From Deferribacterales bacterium (lineage in GTDB: Bacteria > Chrysiogenota > Deferribacteres > Deferribacterales > Geovibrionaceae): a DNA stretch of 64,000 nt. The translations under genes and the position numbers were made by a program. Positions 36,811-46,033 of the stretch are shown here, one piece after another (within the stretch, counting starts at the first letter, position 1; every line of letters starts with the position of its first letter). The notes under the pieces are model-generated. The model was not told where the DNA came from. It did not search any database and was given only the letters and a program-made list of their open reading frames with translations. Location of the stretch: assembly GCA_050253075.1 (NCBI GenBank), contig JBFWJS010000003.1, positions 85,458-149,457 on the forward strand, written 5' to 3'.

Positions 36811-37741
36811 CTTTTTTGCCGCAGGAACGGCGACAGCTAAGATGAATATACTTTTTCCTATATCGAATGACGTTAAAGCTGTCAGCAATATTCATATAGT
36901 GGGGATGACAGATACTGATGTCCCCGTGACAGTCACTATAAACGGTGTGAAGACTGAGAAGAAACTTATCTGCGACGGTACCACTGACGCCGGTAAGAAT
37001 ATCTATATGCTGATGACAATACTCAAGCTCGAAGCCGGTGAGAACAAGATACTCATCACACAGGGCGATCAGAGCGAAAGCTATACTATCACAAAGGTGG
37101 ATTCACCTGTCTCTATCACCGACTGGACAAAGAACCTCAGCGGGTTTCATGCCAGCGGTAAAAAAGAGATATGCATGAACTGCCACAAATTCCAAAACCT
37201 CAGTGACTGTGTAAACTGTCATAAGGATAAATTCATCGGTAAGTGGGTTCATAAACCAGTGAAAGAAGCAAGGTGCTTTGAGTGTCATGAAAAAGAGCGC
37301 AACTTCATCCCTGCGGAGCCTTTTGCCGAAACATGCCTTAAATGCCATGAAAAAATGAACAACTCCATAGCGGAAGCTCCATATACACACGGACCTGTTG
37401 CTGCGGGGTTCTGCACCATATGCCACTCTCCCCATAAGTCCACTGATAAGACACATCTGCGTAAATCGGCAAACAGCCTTTGTGCGGACTGTCACGTTGC
37501 GGACGATCAGGGATTCAGCTATCACTCACAGAGCTATATAAAATTCCACCCCGTGGATAAGGTTTTTGTGAAAAAGCTGGATAAGGAACTGGAGTGCAGC
37601 GACTGTCATAATCCTCACTACAGCAACAGCCCCATGATGCTGGCGGCGGAGGATGAGAGTGCTCTTTGTGTCAAATGCCACGACGCATCAGACACCGAAG
37701 CACTGCTTAAGAAGCTGGCAGACGAATATAACAAGGAATGA
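36761..37741 (+). CDS. Octaheme cytochrome c with N-terminal Ig-like domain
   Basis: Signal peptide; beta-rich N-terminus (LEAGENKILI); 8 CXXCH; alternative start 36755. Confidence 0.85.
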   Translation: MRIRLNCLTTIILILISFFAAGTATAKMNILFPISNDVKAVSNIHIVGMTDTDVPVTVTINGVKTEKKLICDGTTDAGKNIYMLMTILKLEAGENKILITQGDQSESYTITKVDSPVSITDWTKNLSGFHASGKKEICMNCHKFQNLSDCVNCHKDKFIGKWVHKPVKEARCFECHEKERNFIPAEPFAETCLKCHEKMNNSIAEAPYTHGPVAAGFCTICHSPHKSTDKTHLRKSANSLCADCHVADDQGFSYHSQSYIKFHPVDKVFVKKLDKELECSDCHNPHYSNSPMMLAAEDESALCVKCHDASDTEALLKKLADEYNKE

Positions 37742-37758
37742 GACCAGAGGTTTATTAT

Positions 37759-39936
37759 ATGAAGTTTATAAGATTTCTGCTTTTGGCAGCATTTGTTCTG
37801 TCACTTACAGCTTGTGTCGGTGGCGGTTCTAAGAAAAGCTCCGTTAATGACGACACACGAGTCCTTTCCACTGTGAAAGTCGATGATGAAGGCAAGCTCA
37901 GCTATGTCGGCAGCGGAGACTTAGAAGGATTTGAGCTAAACATAGATGACCCTGCCCTTGCGGGGAGAACAATATATATAGAAAAAAGTGCAGCCGCCTA
38001 TGTAACAGGCGGTTATGTTGCGGTTTCAGATAAATATTCTGTACGCCTTACAGATGCTGAAACATCTGTGGATACATATTACGAAGGCGGAGTGACTGTT
38101 CCTTACAGCGCATCAATGCTGGCTGCCGAGGGCGGTACGGCTGCTGATGTGTCTGTCTGCTCGATGATCAATGGTGTTGTGGTAGCATCTGCCACTACAG
38201 CGGGCTCGGGAGCATATGTGACATCAGGGATAGACTTCCCTGTGAGCTTCTTCGCAGGATACAGAAAGGTCGTAGAGTTCAACACCTCGGGTGTTATACA
38301 GTCCAAAGGTCTAAGCTATGCATCTGCCGATGCTGCGGGTGACTATCTCCAGGACCCTGCGGGGACACTTCATCCTGATGTTTTAAGAGGTCTCTTCCAC
38401 ATTCAGCCGGGTGAGAAAATTCTCCTCGGTATAAACGAAGCAGCCTACGGCGACACTGTTGCGGATGTTCAGTGGAGCATAACATCAAAGCCGGCCGGTT
38501 CTACAGCTGCACTGACTGCTGACGGCGACGACACAATGCTGATACCTGATGTGGTCGGAACATACATCGTACAGGCAGAGATACTCGGCGGAAACGGACA
38601 GACAACGGAAGAATCAGCAAACATAGAGGCGCAGGCATACTCCTATAATGCGGCATTAGGTGACGCATACTGCTATTTTCAGTGCCATACGGGTACTTTC
38701 AGCCCTTCTACAAAAGATCAATACGGCAGAACACTCTTCAGAGATATAGTTTCAATGTGGCAGGGCACAGCCCACTCCACAACATTTAACAGAGTCTCAG
38801 GCTCTGTTGATTCCGCATGCTTTAAATGCCACACCACAGGCTTCCTCTATGCCGACAGAGACAACAACGGCACGGATGAATACAGTATAGCAGACGGCTA
38901 CGACGATACTATCGGAGCGGCAAACTGGGCAACACCCGCTGTGGGCGATGCACATCTCAGAAACGTAACATGCGAAGCATGCCACGGCCCCACCTCTACA
39001 GGTGCTGATATGATAGCGAAACACTACAGCAACACATCGCTCTCCTCCGACACATGCCTTGCGTGTCATGATCACGGCAATATAGGTGGCGGACACTTCT
39101 TCGAATATTCCGATGCCCATGATAAAGCATTCACACTTGCCGACGGCACTGTCGCATCAACTTCAGCGTGTGCAAAATGCCACACGGGCGAAGGTATGAT
39201 GGGACGCATCTTCGGCGTGAACATAAATACTGCAAACAGAACAGACGTAACAGGCGTTACATGTAATGTATGCCACGACCCGCACGGTGAAGGGGGCAAT
39301 AATGCTCAGCTTCGTCTCAGCGGAACATACGAGATAGACCTCGCAGGCGGAACACTCACTGCTAATGCAGGAGATGCTCTCATCTGTTATAACTGCCACA
39401 ATGCCGATATGCAGCTCCCTGCTGTGGGCGTTATGCCTCACAACTCTCAGGCAGAGATGTTTCAGGGTGTGGGCGGATACGACTATGGCGAAGATCTGAA
39501 CCGTTATCTCACAGGCCACTCTATCACAGGAGTTACATGCAACGACTGCCATATGAACAGAAACGAAGGCGTTACACACCAGATGCTGATGACAGAAAAT
39601 ACTGCGGACAGACTTATTTTCTGCAGTACACCTGGCTGCCATGTCAGCGGTTTACCTGAATTTACCGACGGTCACTTTGACAGAGGCGGTAAGCTCGCAG
39701 GTATAAGAGTAAAGATAGACCAGCTCGCAGATACTATAAACAGCAAAGCAGGCTTTGCCGCGGGTACAGCAATATCTGCATCATACGCCGCTGCCGACAG
39801 CGATCTTAAGACCGCTTTGGACAGAGCCGCTTATAACTATAATTTTATTAAGAACGACAGAAGCTTCGGTTTTCATAATCCGAGTTATGCAGAGAAACTT
39901 ATTGACCTTTCTCTTGCTGATCTGGCTAACTACTAA
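37759..39936 (+). CDS. Large multiheme cytochrome c lipoprotein (OmcB/c552-like C-terminus)
   Basis: GAGGT RBS before MKFIRF; lipobox LTAC; PKD/Ig-like QWSITSKPAGS; 7 CXXCH + CX3CH + CX4CH; AAYNY..DRSFGFHNPSY. Confidence 0.85.
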   Translation: MKFIRFLLLAAFVLSLTACVGGGSKKSSVNDDTRVLSTVKVDDEGKLSYVGSGDLEGFELNIDDPALAGRTIYIEKSAAAYVTGGYVAVSDKYSVRLTDAETSVDTYYEGGVTVPYSASMLAAEGGTAADVSVCSMINGVVVASATTAGSGAYVTSGIDFPVSFFAGYRKVVEFNTSGVIQSKGLSYASADAAGDYLQDPAGTLHPDVLRGLFHIQPGEKILLGINEAAYGDTVADVQWSITSKPAGSTAALTADGDDTMLIPDVVGTYIVQAEILGGNGQTTEESANIEAQAYSYNAALGDAYCYFQCHTGTFSPSTKDQYGRTLFRDIVSMWQGTAHSTTFNRVSGSVDSACFKCHTTGFLYADRDNNGTDEYSIADGYDDTIGAANWATPAVGDAHLRNVTCEACHGPTSTGADMIAKHYSNTSLSSDTCLACHDHGNIGGGHFFEYSDAHDKAFTLADGTVASTSACAKCHTGEGMMGRIFGVNINTANRTDVTGVTCNVCHDPHGEGGNNAQLRLSGTYEIDLAGGTLTANAGDALICYNCHNADMQLPAVGVMPHNSQAEMFQGVGGYDYGEDLNRYLTGHSITGVTCNDCHMNRNEGVTHQMLMTENTADRLIFCSTPGCHVSGLPEFTDGHFDRGGKLAGIRVKIDQLADTINSKAGFAAGTAISASYAAADSDLKTALDRAAYNYNFIKNDRSFGFHNPSYAEKLIDLSLADLANY

Positions 39937-39941
39937 GGGAG

Positions 39942-41192
39942 ATGCTGCCTGTGAAAACACTCAGACTGACACTAACAATTATTATCCTATACATGGCGTG
40001 TGCGACAGCCTATGCATTTAATGTGGACGGCATGTTCAGCACGGCATACGAGGTATACAAAGACGAGGGGGAGGACTCCGAAAGCCTTTGGGAAAACTAT
40101 CTCAGTATAGACAACATGAAGCTTATCGACCCTTATGTAGGCTTTAACTTTTACGGAAGATACGCAACAGACACTGAAACAAATGAAAATCATTCAGACA
40201 TCTATACAGCGTATCTGGACTACAGCAGCTTTCAGGACAAAGTTCAGGTGAAGTTAGGACGTTTCAGCTATGTCGGAAACAGGTTCCTCACTCTGGACGG
40301 TGCTGAAGCGACACTGCGCACAGAGAAATATGTCGGTGCAACTGTATTCGCAGGTAAGCCTGCATACTTTGACGCAGACGGCAAACACATAAACGAATCA
40401 TACCGCCATACGGGAGACAGGCTTTACGGAGCAAAGCTCTTCCTTAACGGTGTTGCAGATACTACAGGTTTTATATCTTTCTCCAGAGAGACAGACGACG
40501 GCGATACTCTTCAGGAGATGCTCGGACTAGGTCTAGGACGCAAGTTCATCGTCGGTAAGGCGAAGCTCGGCGTAGACGGCAAGCTCGAGTATGATACTGA
40601 GGAATCAGCGATATACAAAAGCATGATCAGAGGATTCATGAGCTATGAAAAGCTCCTCCTCAGCGCAGATGTGACCAGCTACGACGTTAAAGACGGTTCC
40701 TCATATGAGAACGAACTGGTCATCAGCAACTTCTCCACAGGTAAGGAAGACAGATATGCTTTTAACATTCAGTACGCTGTCACAGAGCATATCAAACCAT
40801 ACCAGAGCACAGTTTTCTCCCGAATCGAGCTCCCCAGCGGAGAGGTTGAAACAGGTGAGATGTATAAGCTCGGCGTTGATTTCGACTGGTTTAAGTCTAT
40901 GGGGCTTTCATCAAACATCGAGGGATACTACTACAACAGTGAGATATCCAACGCAAAGGGCGGAAGCGTTGCACTGGACTGGAACGCTACAAAGACTCTT
41001 AAGCTGAGCTTCGAAGGCGAGGCTCTCAGGCTGGAGAACACCTCTGTTGAAAAAGATGTCTATTCGCTTTATTTCGAAGCTGCATACGATGTCTTAAAAG
41101 ACCTGACCGTCAGCGCATATGCTGAGAACAACAAGGAGACTAGATATCTCCCTGAAAACAGATACGGCATCAAAGCTGCCTACAGCTTTTAG
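39942..41192 (+). CDS. Outer-membrane beta-barrel porin of a porin-cytochrome complex
   Basis: Signal peptide (AYA), alternating amphipathic beta strands rich in Y/G/F, C-terminal YGIKAAYSF; flanked by cytochromes; GTG at 39951 is a possible start. Confidence 0.8.
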   Translation: MLPVKTLRLTLTIIILYMACATAYAFNVDGMFSTAYEVYKDEGEDSESLWENYLSIDNMKLIDPYVGFNFYGRYATDTETNENHSDIYTAYLDYSSFQDKVQVKLGRFSYVGNRFLTLDGAEATLRTEKYVGATVFAGKPAYFDADGKHINESYRHTGDRLYGAKLFLNGVADTTGFISFSRETDDGDTLQEMLGLGLGRKFIVGKAKLGVDGKLEYDTEESAIYKSMIRGFMSYEKLLLSADVTSYDVKDGSSYENELVISNFSTGKEDRYAFNIQYAVTEHIKPYQSTVFSRIELPSGEVETGEMYKLGVDFDWFKSMGLSSNIEGYYYNSEISNAKGGSVALDWNATKTLKLSFEGEALRLENTSVEKDVYSLYFEAAYDVLKDLTVSAYAENNKETRYLPENRYGIKAAYSF

Positions 41193-41214
41193 ATAATATT
41201 ATTAAGAGGATATA

Positions 41215-41787
41215 ATGAAAAGGTTTTCATGGTTTTTATTGATAATAATAACTGTTGCGGCGGCAGCCGGATGTGCACAGTTTTACTACCAGTCACCACT
41301 GGCAAAGTTTAATCACGAAAAGCACGTAGACATCCTTTTTCAGCAGAAAAAAGACTGTTTCTACTGCCATCAGCTCCCTGATATCAAGACATTTGTCGAG
41401 CAGGGGGGCGAGCTGAAGATCACCAGCGAGCTGAAAATAGACGGCAAGTGCCACACATGCCACAAAGATCAGGAGACAAAGATAGCGTCTGCTCCGCAGA
41501 ACTGCAGCTCCTGCCACGAAAATATGAAAGTAATGAAGCCTGAAGACCATGTGAACAACTGGACAAACATGCACGCCGTACCGGCTACGCTTGATAAAGC
41601 CAGCTGTAACAGCTGTCATCAGGACTGGTTCTGTGAGAGCTGCCACAGCAAGCAGAACTCAATGGAAAATTTAAGACACTCAAGATCGTTCAAGCTGAAG
41701 CACTCGCTTGAGGCCATGGTTGACCCGGGCTCCTGTGACTCGTGCCACAGGGTGGACTTCTGTATCTCATGTCATAGAAAGGATTAA
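41215..41787 (+). CDS. Small heptaheme cytochrome c lipoprotein (likely porin-inserted subunit)
   Basis: Lipobox AAGC; 7 CXXCH in 190 aa. Confidence 0.88.
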   Translation: MKRFSWFLLIIITVAAAAGCAQFYYQSPLAKFNHEKHVDILFQQKKDCFYCHQLPDIKTFVEQGGELKITSELKIDGKCHTCHKDQETKIASAPQNCSSCHENMKVMKPEDHVNNWTNMHAVPATLDKASCNSCHQDWFCESCHSKQNSMENLRHSRSFKLKHSLEAMVDPGSCDSCHRVDFCISCHRKD

Positions 41788-41790
41788 ACA

Positions 41791-42828
41791 ATGAAGATAA
41801 AGGTTTTACTATTTCTAACACTTATAATTGTTTCATCAATACTCGTCGCTTGCGGCGGAGCTAACGTAGGGGACGGCAGTTCACCCACCAGAGTGACAAA
41901 GTCCACCGCACCGCAGCTTCTCGAGCCTGATGACCATGCAGGCGGTTACGGATGGGAGAATGACAAATGCTTCCTGTGTCACCCTGTGGTACAGCTTCAG
42001 GACATTCACTCATTCAGCGAGCCCCTCGGCGACAGCTTTGCAAAAGTAGGTGACGACGACATCGGTGCATGCCTCTATTGCCACGGCTCAAACGGGCTGT
42101 CAGGCATCACTGCGGATACATACCAGTGTGTCACATGCCACCAGAACAGCAGCATAGTATCAAAAGCGGGTATGTTCAGCGGACACAACATGCACGACCT
42201 CGACCACGACGGACAGATATCAAACTCTGACTGTGTGATCTGTCACTCTTTCTCCGATATGAACGGCGTCATGGATCTTTCCATAGACCTCACCGCAGGC
42301 GGTACTGCATATAATGATACTAATGACTTCTGCCTCGCATGCCACGACGGAAACGGCGCTTTCGGCGTCACTCCTCCTGCGCTTTCTGTTGAGACAGAGG
42401 TGAACAATATATACGCTACATACATGGGAGTAGGCGACACTGCAGCCGCTCAGAAGCTCACTGCGGACATCCACGGTATAAAGGATGGCAACGGACAGAG
42501 CTTTGCGGATTTCCGCGGACTGTACGCTGCGAATACGACTGTGTCATGCCTTAGCTGTCATCAGGTACACTCATCTGACAACGAGTACCTCATCACCGAA
42601 AGCGGTGAGAGTGCCGACCTTGCAGATGAAGCAGCTCTGAACGCACACGTAAGCGTAATAGACAGTGATTTCTCTGAGCTTTGTGCTCTCTGTCATGCTA
42701 CGGCAGGCGGCGGTGATACCGCTAACGGTCTGACCGAAGTGGTGCACACCAGCACATACTCAAGCAACTGTATCTCATGTCACTATCACGGTGCAGGCTA
42801 CGGAGCTTCCACCGCAGACCTTTTCTAA
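41791..42828 (+). CDS. Octaheme cytochrome c lipoprotein
   Basis: Lipobox LVAC; 8 CXXCH; acidic; EF-hand-like loop DLDHDGQISNSD. Confidence 0.88.
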   Translation: MKIKVLLFLTLIIVSSILVACGGANVGDGSSPTRVTKSTAPQLLEPDDHAGGYGWENDKCFLCHPVVQLQDIHSFSEPLGDSFAKVGDDDIGACLYCHGSNGLSGITADTYQCVTCHQNSSIVSKAGMFSGHNMHDLDHDGQISNSDCVICHSFSDMNGVMDLSIDLTAGGTAYNDTNDFCLACHDGNGAFGVTPPALSVETEVNNIYATYMGVGDTAAAQKLTADIHGIKDGNGQSFADFRGLYAANTTVSCLSCHQVHSSDNEYLITESGESADLADEAALNAHVSVIDSDFSELCALCHATAGGGDTANGLTEVVHTSTYSSNCISCHYHGAGYGASTADLF

Positions 42829-42834
42829 GACCAT

Positions 42835-42866
42835 AAAAAAAGGGGAATCCGAAAAGATTCCCCTTT
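42835..42866. terminator. Bidirectional terminator between convergent cytochrome operons
   Basis: AAAGGGGAATC-cgaaaa-GATTCCCCTTT with upstream A run. Confidence 0.85.
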
Positions 42867-42888
42867 ATTGTTTCAAAACATATTCAGC

Positions 42889-43356
42889 TTAAAACGATTG
42901 AACGCCTGAAGTGATCTCTTTGATGAGTTCCTGCATCTTCGGCACATAGTGTCCTTCATAGCCTATTGCGTGGATGATGTTGTTATCCTTATCCAGCACG
43001 ATAGTAGTGGGAAGAGCTATTATGTGGAGCTCTTTCAGATAAGCATGGGGATCGGTCACCGTTACGATGCGTCCTTCGGCTTTCTCTGCTGCCTTTTTAT
43101 CAAGAGCAAGGCACGGAGTCTCTATGCCGGCGCACAGCTCCTGAAAAGCCGTGTACTGCTTCTTACTGAGTCTTTTTTCACTGTCGTATACAAAGAGCAG
43201 CCTGCATGCAGATTTGTCTTTCTGCGGAGCATATCCCTTGTCGTAAGTGAACTTGCCCATATCGAGCTTTGAGCCCTTTTCCGCTCCGCGAAGAGGGAAA
43301 GCGTGCAGTGTCACCACCAGCACGCATATTGATAAAAGTACGGATGTAAACTTCAT
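42889..43356 (-). CDS. Exported thioredoxin-fold (redoxin/TlpA-like) protein lacking CXXC
   Basis: Signal peptide; ALPTTIVLDKDNNI cis-Pro motif; no CXXC after the LLFVY strand. Confidence 0.6.
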   Translation of the reverse strand: MKFTSVLLSICVLVVTLHAFPLRGAEKGSKLDMGKFTYDKGYAPQKDKSACRLLFVYDSEKRLSKKQYTAFQELCAGIETPCLALDKKAAEKAEGRIVTVTDPHAYLKELHIIALPTTIVLDKDNNIIHAIGYEGHYVPKMQELIKEITSGVQSF

Positions 43357-43364
43357 AATTTTAC

Positions 43365-44498
43365 CTATTTGTTATCGACGGGTGCTTCCCTGTCATAGGC
43401 TTTCGGCTTATGGCATCCCACCACACATGAACCGCCGTTCTCTGTCTGTGTGTATTTGATAGGGAGCATCCATCCGCCAGCACCGAAAGGTACTTCGGCT
43501 CTGATATGTAGAGGCTGTGAAGATGCGTGCACTTCATGACAAGACTTACAGCTTCTGCCTTTTTTATCCATAGTTACGTGTCTGTTATGAAGGTTCATGT
43601 CTCCGTTGCGGAAGTTTGTCTCGTCTTTGGATGTCAGCTTCGCTTCGTCGTGACACTCAAAACAGAGAGCATAGAGACCTTCCTGATAGTCGTTATAAAA
43701 GTTTTCTGGGAAATAGTCATAGAGTATCTTCGGATTCGCAGAACCGTGTACGCTGTGACAAGCGGAACATCCGTCCATAGCAACAGGAGCGTGGACGTAT
43801 TCCATATTTTTAACTCTTTCGCCGATGGTGTCATGACACTCATAGCATGTTTCGGATATTTCGTTACCGAGGAACATCTCATAGTCTGAACCGTGCGGGT
43901 TGTGACAGTTGATACAGCTGTCCTGCACAGGTGCGTGCTGATGTTCTGAGTTCACTATTTCCTGAATATCGACGTGACAGCTGAGGCAGAGGTTGTTCAC
44001 CTCGTCCCTGAGTTGATACTGATTGTCTGATGAGTGTGGGCTGTGGCAGTATGCGCACTGTCCCGCAGCAACAGGTCCGTGAACGTATTTTACTTCGGTC
44101 TTGTTTTCGTGGCACATATAGCATGTTTCAGATTCTGTCGCTGTTGCGAGCATGAATTTGTTTTCGCTTCCGTGCGGGTTGTGACAGTCAGTACAGCTGT
44201 CGTCTGCTACAGGCTGGTGCACATTTGACTTATCTTTGAAAGTCTCGTGGCACATATAGCAGAGATTCTCGCCTTCTGATACGGGCGATTCGAAGTTTTT
44301 GTTGTTATCCGGGTCTTCCTGATGATTAACGATGAGGTTATCATCAGCAATATGACAGTCAAGGCAGGAACCTTCTCCCACAGGCGAGTGCATCACAGGC
44401 TGTTCGGATATGTCGGAGTGACAGTCTGAGTAGTTGCATGTGGCAGCAGCGGCTGATAATGATGTCATAAGGATGACAAGAATAAATAAATATCGCAT
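43365..44498 (-). CDS. Periplasmic multiheme cytochrome c (11 CXXCH + CX4CH + CX3CH)
   Basis: GGAG RBS before MRYLFIL; signal peptide; repeated HxPV...CXXCHxPHGS...CXXCH units. Confidence 0.9.
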   Translation of the reverse strand: MRYLFILVILMTSLSAAAATCNYSDCHSDISEQPVMHSPVGEGSCLDCHIADDNLIVNHQEDPDNNKNFESPVSEGENLCYMCHETFKDKSNVHQPVADDSCTDCHNPHGSENKFMLATATESETCYMCHENKTEVKYVHGPVAAGQCAYCHSPHSSDNQYQLRDEVNNLCLSCHVDIQEIVNSEHQHAPVQDSCINCHNPHGSDYEMFLGNEISETCYECHDTIGERVKNMEYVHAPVAMDGCSACHSVHGSANPKILYDYFPENFYNDYQEGLYALCFECHDEAKLTSKDETNFRNGDMNLHNRHVTMDKKGRSCKSCHEVHASSQPLHIRAEVPFGAGGWMLPIKYTQTENGGSCVVGCHKPKAYDREAPVDNK

Positions 44499-44589
44499 AT
44501 TTTTCTCCAATAAAATGAATGATGGGCATGATAGCATTAAAAAGTGTCGCAAGCAAGGACTGTAAGCTGTTTGAAGGTTTTTTAGGTAT

Positions 44590-44617
44590 AAAAAAAGGCG
44601 GGCTTTTACACCCGCCT
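44590..44617 (-). terminator. Intrinsic terminator after lysA
   Basis: Minus strand AGGCGGG-tgtaaaag-CCCGCCT plus T run. Confidence 0.85.
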
Positions 44618-44624
44618 GTTATAT

Positions 44625-45863
44625 TTAGAACTTGAGAGTTGCGAAAAGGTCGTCGTATGTTTCCGCTCTTCTTATCATCACAGCCGTTTTATCAGCTTTG
44701 AGAAGGAGTTCTGCGGAGCGGAGCTTTCCGTTGTAGTTGAAGCCCATAGCATGACCGTGTGCGCCTGTGTCGTGGATAATGACGATATCGCCGCGCTCTA
44801 TGGCAGGGAGCTTTCTGTCCACTGCGAATTTGTCACAGTTTTCACACAGAGATCCGACCACGTCGTATGTACATGAAGCAGGAGCTGTCTCCTTGCCCAT
44901 TACGGATACGTGGTGGTATGCGCCGTACATGCCCGGTCTCATAAGGTTAGCCATACATGCGTCTACTGCGATGTATTCTTTATAGATGCTCTTGGAGTGG
45001 ATAGCACGTGTCACAAGGTATCCGTAAGGGCCTGTGACCATACGTCCGCACTCAAAGTATATCTGCGGGCTGAGACCTTTTGCACCGAGTATCTCTTCGT
45101 ATTTGGCTTTAATCTTTATGCCGAGCTCTTCGAGGTTTACTTCGTTCTGCTCAGGTTTGTAAGGTATGCCTATACCGCCGCCGAGGTTGATGAAGTCGAA
45201 AGTGATGCCGACCTCCTCAGCGATCTCTGCTGCCATCTCAAAGAGGATGACTGCTGTCTCAACGAAGTAGTCGAGGTTAAGTTCGTTTGATGCCACCATT
45301 GTGTGCATACCGAATTTCTTAACGCCTTTATCCTTCATTATCTTATATGCTTCGAGCATCTGCTCTTTTGTCAGGCCGTATTTAGCGTCCTCAGGCTTTC
45401 CGATGATCTCGTTTCCGCCTTTGAGAGGGCCGGGGTTGTATCTGAAACATATAGTCTCAGGCAGTCCTGCGCATTTCTCGAGGAAGTCTATGTGTGTGAT
45501 ATCGTCGAGGTTGATGATAGCTTTCTGCTCCATAGCCTTCTGGTATTCGACCTCGGGTGTTTCGTTAGAGGTGAACATGATATCGTCCCCCTTCACGCCG
45601 ACCATGTCGCATATGTAAAGCTCAGCCATGGAGCTGCAGTCTGCGCCGAATCCTTCGGCAGCGAGCAGCTTAAGTATCGCAGGGTTAGGGAGAGCCTTCA
45701 CTGCGAAATAGTTTTTGAAATTAGGAGCCCACTCGAATGCTTTTTTGAATCTTTTAGCATTTGCTATGATAGCCTCTTCATCATAAATGTGAAAAGGAGT
45801 GGGGCATTTTTCTATAATCTTTTCAATTTGTTCTTTACTGAACGGAACTTTCTTTTCTGACAT
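44625..45863 (-). CDS. lysA: Diaminopimelate decarboxylase
   Basis: TPFHIYDE, FAVKALPN (PLP Lys), INLGGGIG, ECGR, VVGSLCENCD, GAHGHAMGFNYN; alternative start 45869. Confidence 0.93.
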   Translation of the reverse strand: MSEKKVPFSKEQIEKIIEKCPTPFHIYDEEAIIANAKRFKKAFEWAPNFKNYFAVKALPNPAILKLLAAEGFGADCSSMAELYICDMVGVKGDDIMFTSNETPEVEYQKAMEQKAIINLDDITHIDFLEKCAGLPETICFRYNPGPLKGGNEIIGKPEDAKYGLTKEQMLEAYKIMKDKGVKKFGMHTMVASNELNLDYFVETAVILFEMAAEIAEEVGITFDFINLGGGIGIPYKPEQNEVNLEELGIKIKAKYEEILGAKGLSPQIYFECGRMVTGPYGYLVTRAIHSKSIYKEYIAVDACMANLMRPGMYGAYHHVSVMGKETAPASCTYDVVGSLCENCDKFAVDRKLPAIERGDIVIIHDTGAHGHAMGFNYNGKLRSAELLLKADKTAVMIRRAETYDDLFATLKF

Positions 45864-46033
45864 AACCATTACCTGTATTAATTAATATAAAGTTGATATA
45901 ACTAACATATATACAAAAGACTTTCAATAGTTGAAATTGAGTGTTATGGTTATTAACAATTATTCGCATATTCATTATTTACCGTTTGTTTATTTAGTAT
46001 GATTTTTTTTACATATTCTCTGAGGGAAATTAA

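Noticed and set aside
39942..41787. Naming the conduit mtrA/mtrB or omaB/ombB
   Set aside because: Barrel size and heme counts differ from MtrAB, and orthology cannot be shown without searches.
41791..42828. OmcS/OmcZ nanowire orthologue
   Set aside because: It is a predicted lipoprotein and I see no specific similarity beyond heme count.
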